Source of the DNA: Fluviicola sp.
GTDB lineage: Bacteria; Bacteroidota; Bacteroidia; Flavobacteriales_D; Crocinitomicaceae
Direction: 5' to 3'
NCBI GenBank assembly: GCA_043721195.1
Contig: JAYSRF010000108.1
Coordinates: 21,341-85,340 of the forward strand
DNA: 64,000 bases
A program made the translations under genes and the position numbers. Under the pieces are notes generated by a model. The model ran no database searches, was not told the origin of the DNA, and worked only from the letters and a program-made list of their open reading frames with translations. Below are positions 17,829 to 28,081 of this stretch, piece after piece (position 1 is the first letter of the stretch; each line of letters starts with the position of its first letter).

Positions 17829-18578
17829 TTGAGCATCAAGACAATTTTGGTTTCTCAACCAAAACCTGAGGGAGAAAAATCGCCATATTACGATTTGGCG
17901 GATAAATATAAACTTAAAATCGATTTTAGACCGTTTATACAGGTTGAAGGGATCGCTGCGATTGACTTTCGTCAACAAAAAGTAAATATTCCAGACTATA
18001 CGGCTATCATTTTAACGTCAAAAACGGCAGTAGATCACTTTTTCCGCATTGCTGAAGAAATTCGCTTCGAAGTGCCTGATTCGATGAAGTACTTCTGTAT
18101 CTCGGAAGCAATTGCGCTTTATTTGCAGAAATATGTTACTTACCGAAAACGCAAAATATTTTTTGGTAAACAAACCATCGAAGATCTAGTCGATCCGATT
18201 AAAAAACACAAAGGCGAAAAGTTTTTGTTGCCGTGCACTGATATTTTGCGTGACAAAATTCCTGAAACACTTGAATTGGCTAAGATTCCATTTACAAAAG
18301 CAATGCTCTACCGAACGGTTGCTGCTGATTTAAGTGATTTGGAAGATGTTTATTACGATATGTTGGTGTTCTTTAGTCCTGGTGGAATTGAATCTTTATT
18401 GAAAAATTTCCCGGATTTTAAGCAAAATACAACTGTTATTGCGGCTTTTGGTCCAACAACAGCGAATGCGGTGATCAAAAACAACCTGCGTTTGGATATT
18501 CATGCTCCTCAACCGCAAGCACCAAGTATGACCGCTGCTATCGAACAATTTGTAAAAGAGTACAATAAAAAGAAATAA
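17829..18578 (+). CDS. hemD: Uroporphyrinogen-III synthase
   Basis: IKTILVSQPKP, IDFRPFIQVEG, ILTSKTAVDHFF, LVFFSPGGIESL. Confidence 0.9.
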   Translation: MSIKTILVSQPKPEGEKSPYYDLADKYKLKIDFRPFIQVEGIAAIDFRQQKVNIPDYTAIILTSKTAVDHFFRIAEEIRFEVPDSMKYFCISEAIALYLQKYVTYRKRKIFFGKQTIEDLVDPIKKHKGEKFLLPCTDILRDKIPETLELAKIPFTKAMLYRTVAADLSDLEDVYYDMLVFFSPGGIESLLKNFPDFKQNTTVIAAFGPTTANAVIKNNLRLDIHAPQPQAPSMTAAIEQFVKEYNKKK

Positions 18579-18594
18579 GCACTTCGGTGTTGAG

Positions 18595-18624
18595 AAAAGC
18601 GTCTTGTAACCCCAAGACGCTTTT
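18595..18624 (+). terminator. Intrinsic terminator after hemD
   Basis: AAAAGCGTCTTG-TAACCC-CAAGACGCTTTT perfect 12-bp stem. Confidence 0.85.
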
Positions 18625-18734
18625 GTCGTTTTATGCATCTTTGTAGTCTGTAATAATCGAATATACTTTTTTATATACTTCTTACAACAGAACTTAGATG
18701 GTTTCTCGTATTTTTACCACTCATAATTAGTGCT

Positions 18735-21245
18735 ATGGCAAAACAAACCAAACCGGCAGGTCCAGTTTTTACTGAAAAACAACACAAACGTGCAACAATC
18801 ATTTATTGGTTAGGGGCAACGTTTCCGCTTTATTTTATCGCTTGTTTATTGCTTTTTCAATCGGAAGACGATTTGCCACCAGTTGCCATGCTTGATAATC
18901 CACCGGAATTATTGGCTTCTGTAATTTACGCAGACGATGGCGAGACCGAATTGGGTCGCTACTGGAAAATCAATCGCACGAGTATTGAATACAAAGCCAT
19001 CAGTTCACATGTAACAGATGCGCTGATTGCCACAGAAGACGAACGTTTTCACGAACACGCTGGTGTAGATGCCCGTGCCTTAGGTCGTGCCATTGTAAAT
19101 GCTGGAGGTGCTGGAGGTGCTTCTACGATTACACAACAATTAGCAAAACAGTTGTTTACACTCCAAATACGCGAACGTGAAGAGTTTGCACGTGCCAATG
19201 GAATTGAGGTAAAAGATGAACCGAGAGGAAAAATCGGTCGCATGTGGGGTCGCTTAAATGAAAAAGCCCGCGAAAACATCATTGCTACCCGTTTGGAACA
19301 ACGGTTTACAAAAGAAGAAATCATTACAATGTATTTGAATCAATTCGATTTCTTGTACAATGCCGTTGGAATTGAAAATGCAGCGAAGGTTTATTTCAAT
19401 AAAAAACCAATTGATCTTTCGAAAGAAGAAGCAGCAATGTTGGTAGGAATGTGTAAAAATCCAACACTTTTTAATCCGTATACCTTTAAAATCAAAAATT
19501 ACCGACAATTCCTCGCGAGGAAGAAAAATGTTGGGTTGAATACGATTACAAAACAAGAAATTGCAGAAGCAAGAGCCGCTGATAGTATCCGTGCCTTTGA
19601 TCGCCGTAATCAGGTATTGTTTCAATGGTTGGTGAATGCTGATAATGATGGTCTTCGCACTAAAATTGATCGTGCAGAATACGAAATACTGATCAAAAAG
19701 CCCTTATTGACCAACTACCAAATTGTAGATCATAAACGCGGAATGGCTCCTTATTTCAGAGAATCATTGCGTGGTGAAGTGACTTCCTTGCTCAAAGAGA
19801 AAAAGGCAGATGGTACGTTGAAATACAAACGTGCGGATGGACTTCCTTGGGATATTTACCGCGATGGTTTGCGTATTTACACAACGATTAACGCAGACAT
19901 GCAACAATATGCTGAATATGCTGTTGAAAAGCACTTGAAAGAAACGTTACAACCACAGTTTGATAGAAACAATAGAGGGTTAAAAAATTATCCTTATTCG
20001 AATAGCCTTTCACAAGATCAGGTAAATGCAAGTTTGAAGACTTCCATGAAACGTTCAGATCGATACATCAATATGAAAGCAGCTGGGTTTACGGATCAGG
20101 AAATTACCAATACATTTAATACCGCAGTTGAAATGCGCGTTTTTTCTTGGAGTGGTGATCGTGATACAATTATGTCTCCAATGGATTCTATGCGTTATTA
20201 TAAATCGTATTTGCAGGCTGGATTGATTTCAATTGAACCGAGTACTGGTTTTGTTAAAGCATGGGTGGGAGGCACAAACATTGATCATTTTGCGTATGAT
20301 CACGTACGTTTAGGTCGTCGTCAGGTTGGCTCAACCATTAAACCATTTATTTATGGAGCTGGAATTACCATGAATGTGGTAAAACCTGGTTTAGTAATTC
20401 CCGATATACGTTACTGTGTTGATCTATTTGATCCAAGTAATAACCCTGATGGTCAGTGGTGTCCAGCGAATTCTGATGGAAGTGGGGCAGGTGGAATGGT
20501 TTCAATTGCAACTGGTTTGGCCCTTTCTAAAAACAATGTTGCCGTTTACATTATGTCTAAAATGGGTGCACAAGCTGGTCCACAAACAGTTGCGAAACTT
20601 ATGCGCAGTATGGACATTCAATTGAATGATGCGGATGTAGTACCAGCCATGTGTTTAGGTTCAATGGATCTTTCGCTTTATGAATTAGTGGGTGCACAAG
20701 CAACATTTGTGAACCACGGAATTTTCAATAAACCAACGTCTATTTTGCGGATTGAAGACCGTTCTGGAAATGTGATTTACAGCGCAAAATCGACTTCGCG
20801 TGAAGCAATCAATGAACATGTGGCCTATGCCGTATTATCAATGATGAAGGGTGTGGTAACACGTGGAACTGCGGGACGTTTGCGTTATGCTGACGGATAT
20901 GGAGGAATTCTCTATCCAACTGCTGGAAAAACAGGAACAACTCAAAATAACTCAGATGGTTGGTTTGTTGGCTTAACTCCTGATTTAGCAACAGGCGTTT
21001 GGGTTGGTGCTGAAGAACGTGGTGTGCGTTTTAAATCAACTGATTTAGGGCAAGGAGCACGAGTCGCCTTACCGATTTATGGCTATTACATGAATAAGGT
21101 TTACAAAGATCCGAAAATAGCATTATCCACAACTGATTTCGATAAACCAGCTGGTTTTGATGATAGTATGATGAACAATACAGGAGAAGAATGGTCACCG
21201 GCTTTAGATGAAGTTGAACCTGAAACTCCAGAAATACAGATTTAG
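18735..21245 (+). CDS. mrcA: Class A penicillin-binding protein 1A (transglycosylase/transpeptidase)
   Basis: TM anchor; ATEDERF, GGASTITQQLAK; transpeptidase GSTIKP, SKN, GKTGTTQ. Confidence 0.93.
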   Translation: MAKQTKPAGPVFTEKQHKRATIIYWLGATFPLYFIACLLLFQSEDDLPPVAMLDNPPELLASVIYADDGETELGRYWKINRTSIEYKAISSHVTDALIATEDERFHEHAGVDARALGRAIVNAGGAGGASTITQQLAKQLFTLQIREREEFARANGIEVKDEPRGKIGRMWGRLNEKARENIIATRLEQRFTKEEIITMYLNQFDFLYNAVGIENAAKVYFNKKPIDLSKEEAAMLVGMCKNPTLFNPYTFKIKNYRQFLARKKNVGLNTITKQEIAEARAADSIRAFDRRNQVLFQWLVNADNDGLRTKIDRAEYEILIKKPLLTNYQIVDHKRGMAPYFRESLRGEVTSLLKEKKADGTLKYKRADGLPWDIYRDGLRIYTTINADMQQYAEYAVEKHLKETLQPQFDRNNRGLKNYPYSNSLSQDQVNASLKTSMKRSDRYINMKAAGFTDQEITNTFNTAVEMRVFSWSGDRDTIMSPMDSMRYYKSYLQAGLISIEPSTGFVKAWVGGTNIDHFAYDHVRLGRRQVGSTIKPFIYGAGITMNVVKPGLVIPDIRYCVDLFDPSNNPDGQWCPANSDGSGAGGMVSIATGLALSKNNVAVYIMSKMGAQAGPQTVAKLMRSMDIQLNDADVVPAMCLGSMDLSLYELVGAQATFVNHGIFNKPTSILRIEDRSGNVIYSAKSTSREAINEHVAYAVLSMMKGVVTRGTAGRLRYADGYGGILYPTAGKTGTTQNNSDGWFVGLTPDLATGVWVGAEERGVRFKSTDLGQGARVALPIYGYYMNKVYKDPKIALSTTDFDKPAGFDDSMMNNTGEEWSPALDEVEPETPEIQI

Positions 21246-21251
21246 CACGAC

Positions 21252-21950
21252 ATGAATAAAGTGGTTAGCGGAGTTGAAGAAGCTCTTACAGGAATTGAAG
21301 ATGGAATGACCTTAATGTTAGGAGGTTTTGGTTTGTGCGGAATTCCCGAAAACTCAATTGCAGAATTAGTAAAGTTGGGAATCAAGGACTTGACCTGCAT
21401 CTCTAATAATGCAGGAGTCGATGATTTTGGTTTGGGACTCCTCCTTCAACACAAACAAATTCGCAAAATGATTTCTTCCTACGTGGGTGAAAACGATGAG
21501 TTTGAACGTCAAATGCTTTCTGGTGAATTGGAAGTAGATTTGATTCCTCAAGGTTCATTGGCAGAACGCTGTAGAGCTGGTGGTGCTGGAATTCCTGCTT
21601 TTTTCACTCCTGCAGGTTTCGGAACGGAAGTCGCTGAAGGAAAAGAAGTACGCATCTTTAATGGAAAACCACATATTTTGGAAAGCGCACTTACTGCTGA
21701 TTTCGCGATTGTCAAAGCATGGAAAGGTGATACTGAAGGAAATTTGGTGTTCAAAGCTACAGCTCGTAATTTTAATCCCATGATGGCGATGGCAGGAAAA
21801 ATAACCATTGCGGAAGTGGAAGAATTGGTTCCGGCTGGTGAAATTGATCCTAACTTCATCCATACACCAGGCATCTTTGTACAACGCATTTTCCAAGGGA
21901 AATCTTTCGAAAAACGCATTGAACAACGCACTGTTCGATCACGGAATTAA
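21252..21950 (+). CDS. scoA: 3-oxoacid CoA-transferase subunit A
   Basis: [40 protein letters not shown]. Confidence 0.95.
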   Translation: MNKVVSGVEEALTGIEDGMTLMLGGFGLCGIPENSIAELVKLGIKDLTCISNNAGVDDFGLGLLLQHKQIRKMISSYVGENDEFERQMLSGELEVDLIPQGSLAERCRAGGAGIPAFFTPAGFGTEVAEGKEVRIFNGKPHILESALTADFAIVKAWKGDTEGNLVFKATARNFNPMMAMAGKITIAEVEELVPAGEIDPNFIHTPGIFVQRIFQGKSFEKRIEQRTVRSRN

Positions 21951-21954
21951 AAAC

Positions 21955-23751
21955 GTGTCTTTCATCCGCAAACTTTTTACATCACAGTCGTTTTATCTAT
22001 GGTTAGTCTGTATAGCATTGATAAGCTATGCACTACTTCGCGCATGGTTTGTTGCTCCTTTGCATGATGAAAACGCAACGTTTTACCATTTTATAGAAAC
22101 AGGAGCAATTTGGGGAAAGGGCGCACTGTTGGATGCGAACAACCATTTATTAAACAGTTACATCGGTCGCTTTTTTTACACCCATTTTGGCGAACATTAT
22201 TTTCTTTTTCGTTTGCCTTCTGCGCTGTCTATCGGCATTTATTTTTGGGCCATTTGGAAATTAACGGTCACTTTTCCAATAAATTGGCAACGATGGCTCG
22301 TAACGTTAGCAATTGTGTGTATTCCTTTTGTGTTGGATTACTTTTCCTATACGAGAGGTTATGGCTTAGCGATCTGTTTTTTTAGCTGTGCACTTTACTT
22401 TTTGCAACGCTGGCTGTTTGAATCAAAAGGCTGGTTGTTGTTCGTTTTGATTGGTTGTTTATTGCTTTCAGTTAGTGCCAATCTAACATTTCTGGTTTCA
22501 GCAATTTTACTCATGAGTTACGTGTTGTTTTATTCGCTCATGCGCTTTAAATCGTTGAATCGTTGGCAATTATTGAGTGTTTTGATAGTTATCCTCCTCT
22601 TTGTTCTAGGCATAAAACCGTTGCTAGGATTTAGTTTCGAGTTGAAAGACGTAGGTGCTTTGTATTATGGAAGTTTAGACGGATTTTGGATCGTTACGGG
22701 CAAAACATTGTGCAAATATGTGCTGTTTTACGATGTCAATTGGCTCAAATGGGCTGTTTGTTGTGTTGCATTAATCTGTGGTGTCCTGGTTCTACAATTA
22801 ATCAAACGACACAAATGGAATACTTTTCTTCAACGTCCAGAATCATGGGGAACTTACCTGATTGTTGGAAACGTGTTAAGTATCTTGTATTTGGCGAAAG
22901 TAATGCTCGTTAACTACCCAGAAGATCGAGCAGCCATGTATTTTATACCACTTGTTTTATTGGTGTTCGGGGCAGTTGTTGGTCAATTTAAACGCTTGCA
23001 ATTTTTCTTGCTCATACTGCTGTTTTTTCCCATTCATTTTTTGCTACAATTGAATCTGAGCACATCCGTTTTTACACCAGATCAGCGTATGAGTTTCGCT
23101 TTTTACCATAAAGTACGTCAGCAATTAAAACAGAATGATCGCTTGTGTGTGGATCCTATTCAACAACTCAATTGGGCACATTTTGAACGGGAATACCAGA
23201 AAAAACCACATTTTGCAGTAGCGCAACGAACGCATGAAGGTGGATATGATGTGCTAATTACAAATACTATTTTTCCTACAGATTCTGAGTTCAAAAAGAA
23301 CTACACTCAATTGGCCATTGATTCGGATAATGGAATGGTAGCTTATCAAAAACGGATCAAAAACGCATCTGCAAGTCGCCATCTAATTGTGGCATCAAAC
23401 TATGTTGGTACGGATGAATTTATACCATTATGGACTGACTCAACCATCACGAATTGGGTCGATAAACGGAATTCTTACCTTTTTTCCGGTGAGATTAAAA
23501 TCGATACCTGTTACCGCGATTTGCAATTGGTGGTCACAACTGAAGATAGTACTGGACAAACGGTTTTATTAGACAGTTTTAATTTTAGGTGGTATTTAGG
23601 AGAAAACAAACAAGTATTTCGCTTTGAATTCCCTTATACTAGAAGACCTTTAAGCGAACAAGAAACCAAATTGAAAGTGTATATTTGGAATCCAGAAAGA
23701 CATCTTGTTAAGATGAAGAACGGTTTGATTAGAGTGATTTTTGATAAATAA
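21955..23751 (+). CDS. GT-C fold (ArnT/PMT-like) membrane glycosyltransferase
   Basis: Probable GTG start 21955; first loop LHDENATF, DANNHLLNS, RLPSAL, TRGYGL; many TM helices plus a soluble C-terminal domain. Confidence 0.7.
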   Translation: MSFIRKLFTSQSFYLWLVCIALISYALLRAWFVAPLHDENATFYHFIETGAIWGKGALLDANNHLLNSYIGRFFYTHFGEHYFLFRLPSALSIGIYFWAIWKLTVTFPINWQRWLVTLAIVCIPFVLDYFSYTRGYGLAICFFSCALYFLQRWLFESKGWLLFVLIGCLLLSVSANLTFLVSAILLMSYVLFYSLMRFKSLNRWQLLSVLIVILLFVLGIKPLLGFSFELKDVGALYYGSLDGFWIVTGKTLCKYVLFYDVNWLKWAVCCVALICGVLVLQLIKRHKWNTFLQRPESWGTYLIVGNVLSILYLAKVMLVNYPEDRAAMYFIPLVLLVFGAVVGQFKRLQFFLLILLFFPIHFLLQLNLSTSVFTPDQRMSFAFYHKVRQQLKQNDRLCVDPIQQLNWAHFEREYQKKPHFAVAQRTHEGGYDVLITNTIFPTDSEFKKNYTQLAIDSDNGMVAYQKRIKNASASRHLIVASNYVGTDEFIPLWTDSTITNWVDKRNSYLFSGEIKIDTCYRDLQLVVTTEDSTGQTVLLDSFNFRWYLGENKQVFRFEFPYTRRPLSEQETKLKVYIWNPERHLVKMKNGLIRVIFDK

Positions 23752-23757
23752 ATAGTC

Positions 23758-24414
23758 ATGGCATTAGATAAAAATGGTATTGCAAAACGCATAGCACAAG
23801 AATTGAGAGACGGTTGGTATGTCAATTTGGGAATCGGAATCCCCACACTCGTTGCGAATTTTATTCCTGAGAGAATAGAAGTGGAATTTCAATCTGAAAA
23901 TGGCGTACTTGGAATGGGACCTTTTCCGTTTGAAGGAGATGAAGATGCCGATTTAATCAACGCTGGTAAACAAACAATTACAACCCTTAAAGGAGCCGCG
24001 TTTTTTGATTCTGCCATGTCGTTTGCAATGATTCGTGGACAACATGTGCAATTGACGGTGTTGGGAGCAATGGAGGTTTCACAAAACGGCGATATTGCAA
24101 ACTGGAAAATTCCCGGTAAAATGGTGAAAGGAATGGGTGGAGCAATGGATTTAGTGGCTTCAGCAGAAAATATCATTGTGGCGATGATGCATTCCAATAA
24201 AGCAGGTGAATCGAAAATACTGAAAGCGTGTACTTTGCCGTTAACTGGTGTGGGTTGCGTGAAAAAAGTAGTGACCGAATTGGCTGTCTTGGAAATCAAA
24301 AACAACCAATTTCACTTAATTGAACGCGCACCTGGTGTGAGTGTGGAAGAAATCGTCTCCAAGACGGAAGGCGATCTGGTTGTTCCAGAATTTGTTCCAG
24401 AAATGCAATTGTAA
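23758..24414 (+). CDS. scoB: 3-oxoacid CoA-transferase subunit B
   Basis: [29 protein letters not shown]. Confidence 0.95.
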   Translation: MALDKNGIAKRIAQELRDGWYVNLGIGIPTLVANFIPERIEVEFQSENGVLGMGPFPFEGDEDADLINAGKQTITTLKGAAFFDSAMSFAMIRGQHVQLTVLGAMEVSQNGDIANWKIPGKMVKGMGGAMDLVASAENIIVAMMHSNKAGESKILKACTLPLTGVGCVKKVVTELAVLEIKNNQFHLIERAPGVSVEEIVSKTEGDLVVPEFVPEMQL

Positions 24415-24448
24415 TCAAGTTTCTGCGTTAATTGGTTGAACTATTAAT

Positions 24449-25870
24449 ATGAAGCTTAAAACAATTTCAACTTTTTCCTTAAAAGTATCAGGATTACTGA
24501 TAAGCCTTTTTTACCTCTTGTGGATGAATTGGCACAATCAAATACCTGTAGATGCTGGTGATGGATTGATTCATTATTCCATTGCAAAACAATCGTGGGT
24601 AGAACCCCATTACTTTATTGATCATTGGGGAAAACCCTTGTTTACGCTGTTGTCTTCAGGATTTGCGCAAATTAGTTTTGCTTGGTATACCGCATTCAAT
24701 TGTTTGGTATTTGCCTTTACGTGTTTCTTTGCCTTTAAACTCTTTCATCAATTCAAATTAGGTTTTGTTTACTACATCCTATTTCCAATTTTGTTGGTGT
24801 GTGTGCCAGATTATGTCTATTGCGTATTGGCGGGTATGACAGAACCTTTATTTGGATTGTTACTTGTAGCTGCGATTTATTTAGCATTTAATCAGAAATG
24901 GATTCTATTTGCAATTGTTGTTTCGTTGATGCCTTTTTCTCGCAGCGAAGGAATGCTCGTTGTCCTTTTAGGTCTTGTATTGCTTCTTTTTGTGATGGAA
25001 TGGAAAGCAATTCCTTTTTTGGCATTCGGATTTGTCATTTATGCGATTATAGGTGGGGTGTTTTTTGACTCATTTTGGTGGTACTTAGATTCTCCTTACC
25101 CAGAAGATAGTATTTATGGTTCTGGTCCATGGTACCACTATATAATGACTTGGGCCAATCATTTTGGGCTCATTACGTTATTCCTTTTTCCATTTGGAAT
25201 GTTTGGCTGTTATGTGGCTTGGAAAAAAAGATACACCAACCATTTTGCTCCTATTTTCTTATTTGGAATGGCAGTTTGGGCTGGAATTATTGCGGTTCAT
25301 AGTATTTTTTGGACTTTCGGAATGCAAGGTTCAGCAGGATTGACACGTATAGCTAGTCTTGGATTACCAGTTGCCTTATTGTTTATTCTAATTGGTTGTC
25401 ATTTCGTAACCAGAGAATTGAATAAGATCCCTCATATAGCAATGAGTATTTTGCTGCTCTTGTTGATCAATAAAGAGCTCTCAGAGTTGTTATATCCTAT
25501 AAAAGCGAATCCCTTTGAGGCTGAATTGATTGAAGCAGCAGTATTTGCTGAAAAAAATTACCCCAATGAGCGGATTTACTATTTTCACCCGATCATACCT
25601 TGGAAATTGAATTGTGGTGTAAAAGACACACATTCAAGGCTTGAACAGAAATACTTTAACGGGCATCTTGATGTCGTAATGGGATTAAAACCGGGTAGTT
25701 TGGTCATTCGAGACCCGCAATTTGGTCCTGTTGAACAAGGATTAACCTTAGCATTAGTTGAAGAAGCTAAACACAAGTTAATTCCTATAAAAGTGATCAC
25801 TACAAAATTGCCCTACACCGTTTATACTGGTGAAAAGGTTCAAGTTGTTGTCTATCGTGTTGCGCCATGA
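24449..25870 (+). CDS. Polytopic membrane protein, probable GT-C glycosyltransferase
   Basis: First loop DAGDGLIHY, HWGKPLF, MTEPLF, SRSEG; about 11-12 TM segments. Confidence 0.6.
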   Translation: MKLKTISTFSLKVSGLLISLFYLLWMNWHNQIPVDAGDGLIHYSIAKQSWVEPHYFIDHWGKPLFTLLSSGFAQISFAWYTAFNCLVFAFTCFFAFKLFHQFKLGFVYYILFPILLVCVPDYVYCVLAGMTEPLFGLLLVAAIYLAFNQKWILFAIVVSLMPFSRSEGMLVVLLGLVLLLFVMEWKAIPFLAFGFVIYAIIGGVFFDSFWWYLDSPYPEDSIYGSGPWYHYIMTWANHFGLITLFLFPFGMFGCYVAWKKRYTNHFAPIFLFGMAVWAGIIAVHSIFWTFGMQGSAGLTRIASLGLPVALLFILIGCHFVTRELNKIPHIAMSILLLLLINKELSELLYPIKANPFEAELIEAAVFAEKNYPNERIYYFHPIIPWKLNCGVKDTHSRLEQKYFNGHLDVVMGLKPGSLVIRDPQFGPVEQGLTLALVEEAKHKLIPIKVITTKLPYTVYTGEKVQVVVYRVAP

Positions 25871-25956
25871 ACTTCTGCTGAAATATTCGTTAAACAAATT
25901 ATATTCCGCATCTTTGAACCCGCTTAACGGAAACGGATGCTTCAAACAAACAAAAA

Positions 25957-26673
25957 ATGATTAATAAATTATCTATTTTAATTCCTGCTTACAACGAAGG
26001 ACCAACCATACACTTGATTCTAAACAAAGTAAATGCGGTTGAATTACCTCATGGAATTGTCAAAGAAATAGTCATTGTTAATGATTGTTCCAAGGATAAT
26101 ACGGTAGAAAAAGTAGAAGAATTTATGGCTGCTCATCCAGAAATGGATATTCGTTTTTTTTCGCAGGAAGTCAATAAAGGAAAAGGAGCTGCTATTAATC
26201 GCGCCATTCAGGAATGCACAGGAGATTATTTGATCGTCCAAGATGCAGATTTGGAATACGATCCAGAAGAATACAACTTGTTATTGAAACCCGTTTTTGT
26301 TGACAATGCAGATGTTGTTTATGGTTCCCGTTTTGTTGGACACCATCCCCACCGTATTTTGTTTTACTGGCATTCCATCGGAAATAGATTCTTAACGCGT
26401 TTATCCAATATGATGACCAATCTGAATTTAACAGATATGGAAACGTGTTACAAATTGATTCGATCGGATATTGCTAAAAAGATCAAGATCAAAGAAAGTC
26501 GATTTGGTATTGAACCTGAAATCACGGCAAAATTAGCACGCATGAAACCTATTCGTATTTATGAAGTGGGAATTTCGTACTATGGTAGAACCTATGATGA
26601 AGGAAAGAAAATTGGCTGGAAAGATGGTTTTAGAGCGATTTTCTGCATTTTCAAATACCGCTTTTTTGATTAA
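25957..26673 (+). CDS. GT2 polyprenol-phosphate glycosyltransferase (DPM/ArnC-like)
   Basis: LSILIPAYNE, VNDCSKD, NKGKGAA, QDADLEYDP, DMETCYK, GWKDG. Confidence 0.92.
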   Translation: MINKLSILIPAYNEGPTIHLILNKVNAVELPHGIVKEIVIVNDCSKDNTVEKVEEFMAAHPEMDIRFFSQEVNKGKGAAINRAIQECTGDYLIVQDADLEYDPEEYNLLLKPVFVDNADVVYGSRFVGHHPHRILFYWHSIGNRFLTRLSNMMTNLNLTDMETCYKLIRSDIAKKIKIKESRFGIEPEITAKLARMKPIRIYEVGISYYGRTYDEGKKIGWKDGFRAIFCIFKYRFFD

Positions 26674-26678
26674 TTAAA

Positions 26679-28079
26679 GTGCTGTTTTCCAGTAGCTTCT
26701 TCCTTACATTTTTCTTACCAATAGTACTGCTCAGTTATTGGTTGGCTCCCAATCGTTTCAGAAATCCATTATTGCTTTTCATCAGTTTATCCTTTTATGC
26801 TTGGGGTGAACCGTTGTTTGTATTTGTGCTCATCTGCATGACAGCTTTGAACTTTTGGATCATTCGTCAATTGGATCAAGCAACAAACCGTAAACGTTGT
26901 TTAGTTGGCTATCTGGTGCTCAATATCGGGTTTCTGGTTGCATTTAAATACGTCAATTTTATTGTTGCCAATCTTGGTTATCTAGCTGGACAAACGGTTC
27001 CCAATGATTTCCCTGTCATACCGCTTCCATTGGGGATTTCATTTTATGCTTTTCATGCCATTACGTATGGGATAGATGTGTATCGGCGAACATTTTCTGC
27101 ACAAAACAGAATAGACGATTTCGCGCTTTACCTCTTTTTATTTCCGCACCAAATTGCTGGTCCGATTGTGACCTATCAAACCATTGCAGCCGAAATACAA
27201 ACACGGACATTTAACGTGTCTTACATCACCGAAGGAATGTACCGATTTACGATTGGGTTGGCAAAAAAAGTAATCCTTTCCAATGGTTTGATTTTGTTGC
27301 TTAAATCCTGTAAAGAACAGCAATTAATTCATGACTCTTCCACACTTGTTTGGATTGAAATAGTAGCCTATACACTGCATATTTACTTCGATTTTTCTGG
27401 TTATTCTGATATGGCAATAGGCTTAGGGCGCATCTTTGGTTTTCATTTTCCTGAAAATTTCAATAAACCTTATACATCAAAAAGTATCACCGAATTTTGG
27501 CAACGCTGGCATAAGAGTTTGGGCTATTTTATGAAAAACTACTTATATATTCCGTTGGGAGGCAATCGCTTGAGTGCTAAAAGAACTTATTTTAATCTGT
27601 TCATTGTCTTTTTCCTGAGCGGATTATGGCACGGTGCTTCATGGAATTTTGTTCTTTGGGGAATGTTTCATGGTTGTTGGCTGATCATAGAGCGATTGTT
27701 TTTAGGGAAATTATTACAGAAAGCAGGAATAATAAGCGTTCTATGGACGATTTTGTTAGTGATGCATGGTTGGGTTTTTTTCCATGAAGTTACGTTGACT
27801 GATTCCATTTCTACTTTCAAATTATTGTGGAGTTTTGACTTCCAATCCATTCCAATTGTCAATCATGCCAATTATTTTATGTTCCTTTTAGCCATAGGAA
27901 TTGGATTAATTGTGCTCGAATTTTTCCCGGTTTTGAGTCGCTGGCGTTTAACATGGACACATTCTGAAAAAGGTGTTTTCCAACTCTCACGTGCAGTTTG
28001 GATGGTACTATTGTATGTGTTGAGCTATGCATATATTGTTGCTGGAAGTTACAATCCATTTATTTACTTTAATTTTTGA
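26679..28079 (+). CDS. MBOAT O-acyltransferase (AlgI/DltB-like)
   Basis: LPLGISFY, FDFSGYSDMAIG, ENFNKPY, FWQRWH, SGLWHGASWNFVLWG. Confidence 0.93.
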   Translation: MLFSSSFFLTFFLPIVLLSYWLAPNRFRNPLLLFISLSFYAWGEPLFVFVLICMTALNFWIIRQLDQATNRKRCLVGYLVLNIGFLVAFKYVNFIVANLGYLAGQTVPNDFPVIPLPLGISFYAFHAITYGIDVYRRTFSAQNRIDDFALYLFLFPHQIAGPIVTYQTIAAEIQTRTFNVSYITEGMYRFTIGLAKKVILSNGLILLLKSCKEQQLIHDSSTLVWIEIVAYTLHIYFDFSGYSDMAIGLGRIFGFHFPENFNKPYTSKSITEFWQRWHKSLGYFMKNYLYIPLGGNRLSAKRTYFNLFIVFFLSGLWHGASWNFVLWGMFHGCWLIIERLFLGKLLQKAGIISVLWTILLVMHGWVFFHEVTLTDSISTFKLLWSFDFQSIPIVNHANYFMFLLAIGIGLIVLEFFPVLSRWRLTWTHSEKGVFQLSRAVWMVLLYVLSYAYIVAGSYNPFIYFNF

Positions 28080-28081
28080 GG

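Noticed and set aside
21808-21954. Track N-terminal extension of the GT-C gene overlapping scoA (similar extensions for argC to 40036, feoA to 31664, Cys-rich ORF to 29539, and 9870, 11295, 43629, 60212)
   Set aside because: Downstream starts give proper signal peptides or family N-termini and normal overlaps; the extensions run into neighbouring genes or the IS end
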